A stretch of DNA of 64,000 nucleotides, from the NCBI GenBank assembly GCA_013287775.1, contig JABDDE010000001.1:7245-71244 (forward strand), read 5' to 3'. Shown in pieces: positions 43,288 through 52,524 of the stretch. Below the pieces are notes generated by a model. It was given only the letters and a program-made list of their open reading frames with translations. It made no database searches and was not told the DNA's origin. Source of the DNA: Chlamydiota bacterium. Lineage in GTDB: Bacteria > Chlamydiota > Chlamydiia > Chlamydiales > FEN-1388. Made by a program: the position numbers and the translations under genes. Numbering within the stretch: the stretch's first letter is position 1; every line of letters begins with the position of its first letter.

Positions 43288-44346
43288 ATGACAAAGTTAA
43301 TTTTTTATTTGCTGTCAGTTCTGTTATTCGTATGGAGCAGTCTTGTTTGCGATGAGCAAATAAGGCATGCAAACATGGCACATGAGGGTGTGGCAGTTGA
43401 GGAGCCGGTTGATATTGTATATACATGGGTAGATGGCGCTGATCCGCGTTGGCAAGTGATTCGCAGGTACTGGCAGACGGAATATATGCACTATCTTACG
43501 AATTCGGACTCAATTTCTTCGTGTCGGTATAAAAATCGTGACGAGTTGAAATATTCGCTACGTTCAGTGTATCAGTTTGCTCCATTTGTTCGCCATATCT
43601 ACATCATCACCTTTAACCAGGTGCCTGCATGGTTGCAATCAGATCCTCGAATTACTATTGTGGATCACAGCGTGATTTTTCGAAATACTGAGGACCTGCC
43701 TACGTTTAATTCCCAAGCCATCGAGTGCAATCTCCATCGCATTCCAGGACTCTCAGAGCGATTTATCTACCTGAATGACGACGTGTTTTTTGGCTCAGAA
43801 GTAACTGTGGATGATTTTTTCACAAAAGATGGCGGCATTATTGTCACTCTCAGCAAACACTTGGCAGCTCGTGGAAAAAATACAGGCCTAGAATCTACCT
43901 ACGAAAGTGCGTGGAAGAATGCGACAGCCCTCTTAAATAGCAATTTTAAAAAAGAAAGGCGCTTTAGGATGGCTCATGCCCCGTTTGCCTTTACAAAAAC
44001 ACTCTTCAAAGAGGTGGAAAATTATTTCTTCTATATTTTTGATCTGGTGATATCGCATAAATTTCGTCTCCCTTCCGATTTTCCCGTCATCAATGGCGTC
44101 ATTCAATATTATGCGTTCTATACAAAAAGGGCCGAGTTTGGGCAAGCGGCTGCAGGGCAAGTGCGCATTACCGATGATGTAGTGAAGAATGAGGAAGCCT
44201 TAAAGGCCTTCGAAGGCACTCCTTGGAAGTTTTTTTGCGTGCAAGATGTTACGGAAAGTGATGATCCAGTAATAGATGTTCAAGTTAAGGAATTTTTTGA
44301 ATTTCTCTACCCAAATCCTGCCCCCTGGGAGCGCAGAACAGATTGA
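43288..44346 (+). CDS. Stealth-family hexose-1-phosphoryltransferase (capsule phosphotransferase / GNPTAB-like)
   Basis: Stealth CR1 DIVYTWVDGADPRW, CR2 NRDELKYSLRSV..RHIYIIT and CR3 FNSQAIECNLHRIPGLSERFIYLNDDVFF. N-terminal TM. Confidence 0.85.
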   Translation: MTKLIFYLLSVLLFVWSSLVCDEQIRHANMAHEGVAVEEPVDIVYTWVDGADPRWQVIRRYWQTEYMHYLTNSDSISSCRYKNRDELKYSLRSVYQFAPFVRHIYIITFNQVPAWLQSDPRITIVDHSVIFRNTEDLPTFNSQAIECNLHRIPGLSERFIYLNDDVFFGSEVTVDDFFTKDGGIIVTLSKHLAARGKNTGLESTYESAWKNATALLNSNFKKERRFRMAHAPFAFTKTLFKEVENYFFYIFDLVISHKFRLPSDFPVINGVIQYYAFYTKRAEFGQAAAGQVRITDDVVKNEEALKAFEGTPWKFFCVQDVTESDDPVIDVQVKEFFEFLYPNPAPWERRTD

Positions 44347-44396
44347 GGATTTTATTGGCGAGGTATATAATGACACCCAATTATTTGGCAGGCACC

Positions 44397-44454
44397 GGGA
44401 GAGGATATGTTATTCTACTACCCCGAGCTTGCGAGGGGTAGTAGGATAACATGA
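44397..44454 (+). promoter_or_regulatory. 15-codon uORF plus an 18-bp hairpin overlapping the murA SD and start
   Basis: GGGAGAGGA, then ATG at 44407 and MLFYYPELARGSRIT, with TGA at 44452-44454 overlapping the murA ATG (44451). Arms 44407-44424 / 44435-44452 pair with one G-U. Confidence 0.5.
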
Positions 44455-45785
44455 CACTAATAATACGCGGAGGAACACCTCTGAGTGGCGAGGTGCAAGT
44501 AGCGGGAGCAAAAAATGCAACGACAAAGCTGTTGGTTGCATCACTTCTTTCTGACAAGCGATGCACCTTGTATAATGTCCCGAACATTGGGGATGTTGAA
44601 ATAACCGTTGCTTTATGCAAAGAAATGGGAGCAGAGGTTACTTGGGATAAAAAAGAAAAAACGCTCTCCATAATCACTCCAGAGCTCAAAACTTCCTATA
44701 TTTCCCAGCGGTTTTCTGGGGCTAATCGTATTCCTATTCTTATGATAGGAGCGCTTCTAGGGCGCACGGAAGAAGACATTATTGTCCCAACAGCTGGAGG
44801 CTGTAAGCTGGGGCCGCGTGCAATTGATTTTCATATTGATGCCCTACAAAAACTGGGCGCAACTATTGAACTTCGCGAGATGAAGAAAGAGGCGGCCTAT
44901 TTTGCCCATGCGCACAATGGCCTCAAAGGCGCTGTCATCAATTTGCCCTATCCTTCTGTCGGCGCCACTGAAAACAGCATTCTCGCTGCAGTTTCTGCCA
45001 AGGGGACAACTATTATTAAAAATGCCGCAGTAGAGCCTGAAATTGTCGACCTCATCCTCTTTTTGCAGAAACTCGGTGCCAATATCTCCATCGAGACAGA
45101 TCGGACGATTGTTATTCACGGGACGAAAAAATTTTATGAAGTAGAACATACAGTCATGCCAGATAGGAATGAGGCCGCCTCATTTGCGATGGCGGCCATC
45201 AGCACCAAAGGGCGTGTGTTTGTACGAGGCGCACAGCATCGAGACATGATGTGCTTTTTGAATAAAATTCGTGAACTCGGTGGCGGTTTTCATATTAAGC
45301 ACGACGGTATTGAATTCTTTTATGATGGCGCTCTTCAGGGGGGATGCCACTTAGAGACCGATGTGCATCCAGGTTTTTTAACCGACTGGCAACCACCCTT
45401 TGTCGTGCTTCTTACCCAGGCGTCAGGGGTGTCTGTCGTACATGAGACGGTTTACGAAAATCGCTTCGGCTATACTACCGCCCTCAAGGAAATGGGCGCA
45501 CAAATTGCGCTTTATAAACAATGCCTTGGTGGAAAAAATTGCAGATTTTCGACAAATGCACACTATCATAGCATTGCGATTAGCGGCCCCACACCACTTT
45601 CTGGAAAGACTATTTCAATTCCTGATTTGCGCGCGGGTTTTGCCTATGTTATGGCAGCGCTTATCTCACCCGAAGAGAGCACTCTTTCAGGTCTACATTT
45701 TATTGATCGTGGTTATGAAGATTTAACCACAAAACTAGAACAGCTCGGTGCAACCATTTGCCGAGCAAAAGAGAGTCATGTGTAA
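44451..45785 (+). CDS. murA: UDP-N-acetylglucosamine 1-carboxyvinyltransferase
   Basis: GGTPLSGEVQVAGAKNATTKLLVASLL. The active-site loop PTAGGCKLGPRAIDFH retains Cys. The last codons and stop lie in a PE-1 arm. Confidence 0.95.
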   Translation: MTLIIRGGTPLSGEVQVAGAKNATTKLLVASLLSDKRCTLYNVPNIGDVEITVALCKEMGAEVTWDKKEKTLSIITPELKTSYISQRFSGANRIPILMIGALLGRTEEDIIVPTAGGCKLGPRAIDFHIDALQKLGATIELREMKKEAAYFAHAHNGLKGAVINLPYPSVGATENSILAAVSAKGTTIIKNAAVEPEIVDLILFLQKLGANISIETDRTIVIHGTKKFYEVEHTVMPDRNEAASFAMAAISTKGRVFVRGAQHRDMMCFLNKIRELGGGFHIKHDGIEFFYDGALQGGCHLETDVHPGFLTDWQPPFVVLLTQASGVSVVHETVYENRFGYTTALKEMGAQIALYKQCLGGKNCRFSTNAHYHSIAISGPTPLSGKTISIPDLRAGFAYVMAALISPEESTLSGLHFIDRGYEDLTTKLEQLGATICRAKESHV

Positions 45786-45813
45786 TTCTCCTGGCGGCAG
45801 AATTACACATGAC
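45775..45813. repeat. PE-1 hairpin element containing the murA stop codon
   Basis: gtcatgtgtaattctcc tggc ggcagaattacacatgac followed by gaaaaaa. Confidence 0.85.
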
Positions 45814-45854
45814 GAAAAAATCAGCTATATGCAATTTTGCGATAGGAAAATTAT

Positions 45855-45893
45855 GCCATGTGCGACTTTTCCTGACGGAAAAGTGCACATGGC
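45855..45893. repeat. PE-1 hairpin element
   Basis: gccatgtgcgacttttcc tgac ggaaaagtgcacatggc followed by gaaaatag. Confidence 0.9.
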
Positions 45894-45977
45894 GAAAATA
45901 GCGCACATAGTGCCAATACAATTAACGCGAGGCGCGACTTACGAGCTGTTCGAATTGTAAGGATTCATAGCCTTTTC

Positions 45978-46063
45978 TTTGCCCAAAGGGCAAAAATTGC
46001 AACAGCCCAGGGCAACGCCCTGGGTTAGGCGGTGGCCCAAATATTGTTGCCTGAAGGGCAACA
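45978..46063. repeat. PE-2 hairpin module (three small hairpins)
   Basis: tttgcccaaagggcaaa .. attgcaacagcccagggcaacgccctggg .. ttgttgcctgaagggcaacaa. Confidence 0.8.
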
Positions 46064-46106
46064 ACAGCAAAAAGTCGCACATCGCGTGAAAATTAGGAGG
46101 AATTAT

Positions 46107-47102
46107 ATGTCATCAATGAGTGCTGTAGAGATGAGCTCTTCGAGTAGTCTTTCGAGTAATTTTGCAAGTGAATCTATTTCATTAGTAGGGTCGCAGCTTC
46201 GCACGTATTCGAGCACAGAGAATCCAAGTGAGGAGGTCGAGACGGTGCGTCCGCGCCCTGGTCCAGGGCTTATAGCGCCGCCGCCCAGGGAGTCTTCGAC
46301 CTCTATCCGTGAGCGAGATGATGGGACCGTGCGCGTCTTTATGCAAAAGTCGTTTTGGGATCATGGGGTTTTACGAGGTGTGTATTATTGTTTCATCTAT
46401 TGGTTTCACCTTGGTGAGGCCCAGAAGGCAATTATGAGTCAGATATATGCCAACGTGAAAGAGGCGGTTTTGCACCGGGTAAATGTGACCATAGAAGAAT
46501 GCGCACAGCGATTTTCTACCGCCCCAGAGGCACCTCTTGCAGCGCTTTTTGGAGATCGATATGACATGGTTGTTCATGCTCTAGGAAATGAGGAGCTGGC
46601 ATTTCATCTTCTCATCGACAGTATACAGCTACGACGTACAAATGGGCGGGCGACGTGTAGCGATCTCTATAAGGTGTTGATACAGCGAATACTTGGCGTG
46701 GGATATCTTGCGGACATCTCAAGAGAGTATTTTCTTTCAAACTTAGCCTGGCTGCGCCGACCAAGAGATGTTGACAACTCAACGCTGCCCCCCCGTTCGG
46801 TTAAGGAAATACTTACAGCATGTGTCCAGAAGGCGCGTGAGCACCCTTGTCAAGACAAGATAAAGGGGCTGTTTGGTGATGGTGCTAATGGGACCGCCAA
46901 TATTGCGAGGAACATTCTCATCGTAATTCAAGAAAATGTTCATGCATTTGCTACAAATATGAGAGACGTAAGATTTCTCATTGACGAAGATGCTGATTAC
47001 GTCCGTCTTATCAAGCAACAGCTTAGCAGCGACGGTTTAGCGGCATTTCCATTTGTCGAAAACGAAGATAATTCGGAAGTAGCAATAACGTCTGCCACAT
47101 AG
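46107..47102 (+). CDS. Hypothetical protein (orphan; Ser-rich N-terminus, effector candidate)
   Basis: AGGAGG RBS with N-terminus MSSMSAVEMSSSSSLSSNFASE. I recognise no family. The start was trimmed from 46032. Confidence 0.5.
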   Translation: MSSMSAVEMSSSSSLSSNFASESISLVGSQLRTYSSTENPSEEVETVRPRPGPGLIAPPPRESSTSIRERDDGTVRVFMQKSFWDHGVLRGVYYCFIYWFHLGEAQKAIMSQIYANVKEAVLHRVNVTIEECAQRFSTAPEAPLAALFGDRYDMVVHALGNEELAFHLLIDSIQLRRTNGRATCSDLYKVLIQRILGVGYLADISREYFLSNLAWLRRPRDVDNSTLPPRSVKEILTACVQKAREHPCQDKIKGLFGDGANGTANIARNILIVIQENVHAFATNMRDVRFLIDEDADYVRLIKQQLSSDGLAAFPFVENEDNSEVAITSAT

Positions 47103-47117
47103 CGTGGAGCCCTTTTA

Positions 47118-47150
47118 CTACCATAAACATATTTTATCTGTTTATGGTAG
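47118..47150 (+). terminator. Hairpin after gene 46107-47102
   Basis: ctaccataaaca tattttatc tgtttatggtag (12-bp stem). Confidence 0.5.
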
Positions 47151-47213
47151 TAGACAATAATTTAATAAATCTGATATAATTAGTGCATGTTTTAATTTTG
47201 AGATGGAGAAACT

Positions 47214-48764
47214 ATGTCCAACGTAACCCAAGAATTTAGCAAATGGCGTGCCTTTTTTTGGCCCATTCATGCTTTTGAACTGAAAAAGATCTTGCCGATG
47301 TTTTTCATGTTCTTTTTTATATCTTTTAACTATACGATCCTTCGTGATACAAAAGATACGATTATCGTAACGTCTGCAGCTGGAGCTGCGGCAATTCCGT
47401 TCCTAAAAGTGGGTGGAGTGCTTCCGGCGGCGATTATTATCATGCTTATTTACTCTAAGTTGAGTAATATACTAAGCAAGACAAACCTGTTCTACACAAC
47501 TGTGGCGCCGTTCCTTCTGTTTTTTGGCCTATTTCCGGTTGCGATTTATCCGTTTAGGGATGCATTGCAAATGGATAGCATAGCTAATTTCCTTCATGGC
47601 AGCCTGCCTGCAGGATGGAGTGGCTTTGCAGAAAGCGTGCGCAATTGGCACTACTCACTCTTCTACATCCTTTCTGAGTTATGGGGATCGGTAGTTCTTT
47701 CGCTTCTCTTCTGGGGATTTGCGAATGATATTACCAAGACCGGTGAAGCAAAGCGCTTTTATAGCCTCTTCGGTTTAGGTGCTAACCTTGCCCTTATGGT
47801 GTCAGGACCCTTTATTAGCAAAGTATCCGATATTCGACGCTATTTACCAGCAGATGTGGATGCTTGGCAGGTATCGTTAAATTATCTTATGACAGGCGTG
47901 GTGGTAGCAGGGATTGGTGTGATTGCGCTCTATGCGCTTATGCAGCGTTATGTACTTACTGATAGTCGTTTCTACGATCCGTCAGAGCTTAAAGCTGCTA
48001 AGAAGCCGAAGTCAAAGATGTCTATGACAGACAGCTTCTTGTTCTTGGCACGATCACCATATATCTTGTGCTTAGCACTTCTTGTGATCGCTTATGGTGT
48101 ATCTATTAACCTTGTTGAGGTGACATGGAAAAACCAATTGAAATTGCAGTATCCCGATCCGAACGACTATAGCTCATTTATGGGTAATTTTTCGTTCTTC
48201 ACAGGTACTGTGACTGTGCTTATGATGCTTTTTGTCGGTGGTAATGCTGTACGAAAAGGATGGGGTTTTGCAGCAATGATTACTCCTGTGGTTCTTTTGA
48301 TTACAGGTGTTGCGTTCTTTGCCTTCATTCTCTTCCGTGACTCTCTTACTGGCTACATTGCTGCTCTTGGAACAACGCCGCTCATGTTGGCTGTGCTCTT
48401 TGGTGCTGCGCAAAACATTATGAGTAAGTCATCGAAGTACTCGCTCTTTGATCCGACGAAAGAGATGGCCTATATTCCTCTAGACCAAGAATCAAAGGTT
48501 AAAGGGAAGGCGGCTGTTGACGTGGTAGGTGCACGTCTTGGTAAGTCAGGTGGCTCTCTTATTCAAATTGCTCTTATGGGCGCGCTTGGCTCTATTTCTG
48601 CCATTACGCCATACATTGCAGCTATCTTATTTGTGATTATTGCAATATGGATGGTTGCTGTAAGGGTACTTGAGAAGAAGTTCTTAGCACTTTCTGCCGA
48701 AAAAGAAGGCCGTCAGACAACTGTACAGCATCAGGATGCTAATAAGGCAGCTGTCACAGCCTAA
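47214..48764 (+). CDS. Nucleotide transporter (ADP/ATP translocase, NTT/Tlc family)
   Basis: FSKWRAFFWPIHAFELKKILPMFFMFFFISFNYTILRDTKDTIIVT is the typical Tlc/NTT N-terminus. About 12 TM segments and 516 aa. Confidence 0.92.
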   Translation: MSNVTQEFSKWRAFFWPIHAFELKKILPMFFMFFFISFNYTILRDTKDTIIVTSAAGAAAIPFLKVGGVLPAAIIIMLIYSKLSNILSKTNLFYTTVAPFLLFFGLFPVAIYPFRDALQMDSIANFLHGSLPAGWSGFAESVRNWHYSLFYILSELWGSVVLSLLFWGFANDITKTGEAKRFYSLFGLGANLALMVSGPFISKVSDIRRYLPADVDAWQVSLNYLMTGVVVAGIGVIALYALMQRYVLTDSRFYDPSELKAAKKPKSKMSMTDSFLFLARSPYILCLALLVIAYGVSINLVEVTWKNQLKLQYPDPNDYSSFMGNFSFFTGTVTVLMMLFVGGNAVRKGWGFAAMITPVVLLITGVAFFAFILFRDSLTGYIAALGTTPLMLAVLFGAAQNIMSKSSKYSLFDPTKEMAYIPLDQESKVKGKAAVDVVGARLGKSGGSLIQIALMGALGSISAITPYIAAILFVIIAIWMVAVRVLEKKFLALSAEKEGRQTTVQHQDANKAAVTA

Positions 48765-48775
48765 TTCTCCTATTA

Positions 48776-48811
48776 TTCTCCTGCCCCTTTGCAAGCAAAG
48801 GGACAGGAGAA
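48776..48811 (+). terminator. Intrinsic terminator-like hairpin after the NTT gene
   Basis: ttctcctgcccctttgc aa gcaaagggacaggagaa, 12 nt after the stop and followed by T-rich sequence. Confidence 0.6.
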
Positions 48812-48883
48812 TATAATTTCTTATTATCAAAGTCTTTTGCTGTCATTAAATCAGAATAAATTTCCCGAAAAAATTCTACGAAA

Positions 48884-48940
48884 GATTTTGCGAAAAAAAA
48901 GTTTTGCGAAAAAGTTTTGCCGAAAAAGTTTTGCGAAAAT
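48884..48940. repeat. 13-17-bp tandem repeat x4 (gttttgcgaaaaa)
   Basis: gattttgcgaaaaaaaa gttttgcgaaaaa gttttgccgaaaaa gttttgcgaaaat, ~110-160 bp upstream of the ATG at 49047. Confidence 0.9.
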
Positions 48941-49046
48941 ATTGCAATATATATGCATTTTAATATATAATAGTAATTATTCTGTTTTATAATCAGAATT
49001 GTAATGTGTTTATGTATAAAATCTTATTATCAAGAGTAATTATTTT

Positions 49047-49940
49047 ATGGCGAATTGTAGTAATAATTATAAAAATGTGCAATCAATGGCGGTCTTTCGA
49101 TGGGATTCATCGATACCCAGTCCCTTAAACATTAATAGCAATAGGCCTTACTACGCTCAACTGTATACTCATGACAGGCGTCCCATAAGAGCTGCTATTG
49201 CTATGACTTACGAAGGCAATGGTAGGAGTCTTGTTCTCGAGAATGATGATGAAGTAGGAGGTATGAAGTACGAAAACTGTGATCCTATACCAGACCGGCG
49301 ATCTGCTACTGGATATCGAGTTCGTGACTCAGTAACAATAGATAGGTTATACAATTGCACGCACCTTGTTTCCGAAAAAGTACATAAAGTGGGAACAGCT
49401 TTAATAGAAATTGCAATCGTAGATAGCTTTCGCAGAAGATATCAAGGACGAGTATCATTAGATGCAGTACACAATTCACATGGGTTCTACTGGAAACTCG
49501 GATTTCGGCCAACCAATACAAGCACAGAGGTATTCTTAGCTAAACTCGGTAAAAAAATCCAAACAAACGTAATGCTTACAGAAGCTGAATCTCGTTTTGT
49601 CCAAAATAAAAAAACTAAAATAGCGGACGAAATACCTGGATCAGACTCAGAAATGTTACAAATCTGTTCTGTATCAATAACAGAAGCAATGCAAATGGCT
49701 TTTGAGCAGGGCATAGATATGGACAAGATTATGGGAAGTGATCGCGCGACAGATTATGGTAGCTATGATATGTCACTTCCTACAGATGCAATTGTTCAAT
49801 GGGAAGAGCGTATTTTATTTGAACCAACTGTTATTGGTCATAGCGATGTAGTTATTGGTGAACTGTTTATAAGAAAATTGCAGAGGGATCGCGAACCTCA
49901 ACGAATTCTAGATATAATTGGTGAATACTGCGCTGTGTAG
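49047..49940 (+). CDS. Orphan protein with a GNAT-like acetyltransferase core (effector candidate)
   Basis: KVHKVGTALIEIAIVDSF..GRVSLDAVHNSHGFYWKLGF resembles GNAT motif A plus the FY.KLGF tail. The upstream region is AT-rich. The call is weak. Confidence 0.45.
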   Translation: MANCSNNYKNVQSMAVFRWDSSIPSPLNINSNRPYYAQLYTHDRRPIRAAIAMTYEGNGRSLVLENDDEVGGMKYENCDPIPDRRSATGYRVRDSVTIDRLYNCTHLVSEKVHKVGTALIEIAIVDSFRRRYQGRVSLDAVHNSHGFYWKLGFRPTNTSTEVFLAKLGKKIQTNVMLTEAESRFVQNKKTKIADEIPGSDSEMLQICSVSITEAMQMAFEQGIDMDKIMGSDRATDYGSYDMSLPTDAIVQWEERILFEPTVIGHSDVVIGELFIRKLQRDREPQRILDIIGEYCAV

Positions 49941-50061
49941 TTGTCCTTCATAGCCCGCTCGGCTCTATTTCTGTCATTTGTTGAGGGGATATAGAGAGGC
50001 TATGAAAAGTATTGCATTCTTTTCCCTCTGTCTTGTATAGTAGAGGGAAGTCTTTATTCAA

Positions 50062-50134
<73 letters not shown>

Positions 50135-50194
50135 TTCTTTTGTACATACGTGTGAATTAATTGGGTTGAGTAATAACAAATCGAATATTTCAAT

Positions 50195-50584
50195 TTGCTG
50201 AAGTTTTCCCTGATGAGCAAATTGTCGTTACACTGTCACGACATTCTCCTAAAAGATAAGAGAACGATTTCAGAGCATGTAAAAAATATTTTTAATACGG
50301 GTGAGCTACGAGAAGATTCAGTTGTCCGGAATTTCCGGATAACTGCCGCAAATGGTAAGAATTATCAGGTTATTCACTACAATCTTGATGTTATTATCTC
50401 TGTTGGTTACCGAGTTGCATCGCATAGAGGTATGCAGTTTCGCATTTGGGCTACTCAACGATTGAAAGAATATCTTGTCAAAGGGTTTGTCTTAGATTTT
50501 GAAGACATAGCTCTATCTACAGTCAGGAATGGGTTTTTAAGCTATCAGAGGGCAATAGTAGGCTTGAGCTGTATAAGCTTATGA
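50195..50584 (+). pseudogene. RhuM-family virulence protein fragment
   Basis: KRTISEHVKNIFNTGELREDSVVRNFRITAANGKNYQVIHYNLDVIISVGYRVASHRGMQFRIWATQRLKEYLVKGFVLD matches the RhuM core. Only ~100 of ~330 aa remain. TTG start, 60 nt downstream of tRNA-Met. Confidence 0.65.
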
Positions 50585-50633
50585 GCATGGTTGCACCAAA
50601 CGGTGTTGTAGATATCCCATTCGTCACCAACTA

Positions 50634-50678
50634 TCACTCCCTCACTGTCCCCCTTCATGGGGGACAGTGAGGGAGTGA
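50634..50678. terminator. Perfect 20-bp hairpin overlapping the last 12 codons of gene 50642-51529
   Basis: tcactccctcactgtccccc ttcat gggggacagtgagggagtga. Confidence 0.6.
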
Positions 50679-51529
50679 CAATACTTTTCCACACGCTCCA
50701 TGAAACGCCGTCCTAATTCCATCTTTTGTGTGGTTAAGGCTGTGTGGCGGTTATAGCGCTCCTGCTTCATTACTTCTTGATGGATATCCTGCTCAGCAAT
50801 GCGTTCTGACTTCATACTATGGCTTTGGAGGAGCCTCTGTATTTTCTCCACTGTAAGTACCATGGGAATGTATCCATTTTGTGCTATTGAAGCATCCGTG
50901 GTTTGTTCAAAGCCTAAGTTTGCATAAAAAGGGGTAGCGGATGGGCAAGCGCTGAGAACAAATGATCTCTGGTGGCTAATATCACTGACAATATGTGTCA
51001 TCAAGGCAGTGCCAGCACCGCGGCAAGGCCTTTTCTGCATAGGGTCTAATGGAATATTATGCGGATGCGTCACAATACAAGTAAGCTCAGGATCTTCTTC
51101 TTGCTCTGAAAAATTCATAAGTGCCATTGCTTGAATGGTATGCGCTTCATCGTACGCTATATAAGGGATTTCTAAAAGATTGCCTTGCCGTAATCGTTCT
51201 ATGAAAACTGAGATGACGGCTGTGGCGTCCATTATGAGGTTGATTCGCTCTTCCGGAAAACTCTCTTGCACAAGCGGTGCGCTCCATTGATCGAAAGCAA
51301 TATCTAACCACTCTTGTGCTACATCTTCGAGAATCGCACGATTTTGTGGTGTAAGGATTTTTACTGTTCGTAGCCTGCATTCTGGAGGAGAAAGTAAGGT
51401 GTTAACAGATATGGGCTCTCTTGTAGCTGCAAGGCCAAGAAGAGAAGTGTTATCTTGAGTAGATGCAGAAACATCTGCTACATTAATAAGTAATGCTGGA
51501 TAAAATTGAGTATTTACAGATAATGACAT
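50642..51529 (-). CDS. Orphan protein with a GNAT-like acetyltransferase core (effector candidate)
   Basis: IVTHPHN..QKRPCRGAGTALMTHIV..ATPFYANLGF (GNAT motif A, R/Q-x-x-G-x-G/A). N-terminus MSLSVNTQFYPALL. The upstream region is AT-rich. Confidence 0.5.
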   Translation of the reverse strand: MSLSVNTQFYPALLINVADVSASTQDNTSLLGLAATREPISVNTLLSPPECRLRTVKILTPQNRAILEDVAQEWLDIAFDQWSAPLVQESFPEERINLIMDATAVISVFIERLRQGNLLEIPYIAYDEAHTIQAMALMNFSEQEEDPELTCIVTHPHNIPLDPMQKRPCRGAGTALMTHIVSDISHQRSFVLSACPSATPFYANLGFEQTTDASIAQNGYIPMVLTVEKIQRLLQSHSMKSERIAEQDIHQEVMKQERYNRHTALTTQKMELGRRFMERVEKYCHSLTVPHEGGQ

Positions 51530-51667
51530 AATTAAATGATATTACCAAAACACGCTATAAAATTCCAGGGAAAAAATAAAAAATGAAAGTGGAAAATGCA
51601 TATTTTAGATAGGTTGACTTTTTAATTAAATTCATGTATCATATTGATATAATTATTATAGTTTATT

Positions 51668-52300
51668 ATGTCTTTTTTAAAATCATTGCTTTTTGGCTCT
51701 GCAGGATCTTACACTATTTTTGGTACTAAGATGAAGTTTGAAAATGAACTTCCATCACATCTGACTCCTCCTAGCTTAGATAGATTAGGTATTATTTCAC
51801 AATTAGCATTTAGATGCATACACAGTGATGCCTTTCGTTGGATTACCCAAGGGTATACTCATGTGTTCGTGCATGAGATGAGTCATGCCCTAGCTTGTAA
51901 AGTACTCACTGGTCAAAATTCGGAAGTGAATGTTTTTACAAGTCTCTGTGTAGGAAACTATCAGCCCCCTTCAGCAGTGGGCTATGCTTCAGATTGGAAA
52001 CGAACTCTTATTGAGACTGCAGGACCCATGGGAGACATTGCCTTCGCTACTTGCAAACTAGTTGCTGCTACAGCCTTGAAAAGCTACCTTTCTTGGCCAG
52101 TTGCGTTAGCCTTGGGAAGCGGGGCAGTAATTTGGATCTCTGGTGAGCTTCTTTATGCATATGTTTCAGCCTCGAATAGCGATCATGGTGATTTTGGTTC
52201 TATTGCACGCCGTGGCAATACCCATCTAGCGTTAGCTAGCACAGCTCTTGCTAGTCAAGTTGCTTTAGGAATATTCGCAGCGATTAAGCTTGCAGCTTAA
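51668..52300 (+). CDS. Membrane protein with an HExxH zinc-metalloprotease motif
   Basis: VFVHEMSHALACK with 3-4 TM segments downstream (M50/DUF3267-like architecture). Confidence 0.5.
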   Translation: MSFLKSLLFGSAGSYTIFGTKMKFENELPSHLTPPSLDRLGIISQLAFRCIHSDAFRWITQGYTHVFVHEMSHALACKVLTGQNSEVNVFTSLCVGNYQPPSAVGYASDWKRTLIETAGPMGDIAFATCKLVAATALKSYLSWPVALALGSGAVIWISGELLYAYVSASNSDHGDFGSIARRGNTHLALASTALASQVALGIFAAIKLAA

Positions 52301-52321
52301 AATTTTACACCTCCGAGGGCC

Positions 52322-52510
52322 CTAGCGTGAGTTTATTGTGAAATTCTTAATAATGACTCTACAGACCTTTTTAAATACATTTTTGTGTATACACTAACTC
52401 TATACAGAGTCTCTCTTTACAGTTGGTGTATACAAACGCAGTAGCAAAAAACGCGTCTACAATGTGTTGACAGTGAAGCTTAGAAAAACTTCACAATAAA
52501 CTCACGCTAG
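52322..52510. repeat. 189-bp segment bounded by 21-bp perfect inverted repeats
   Basis: ctagcgtgagtttattgtgaa ... ttcacaataaactcacgctag, with gtgtatacac palindromes inside. It lies between convergent genes. Confidence 0.8.
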
Positions 52511-52524
52511 CTGATGACGACCTT

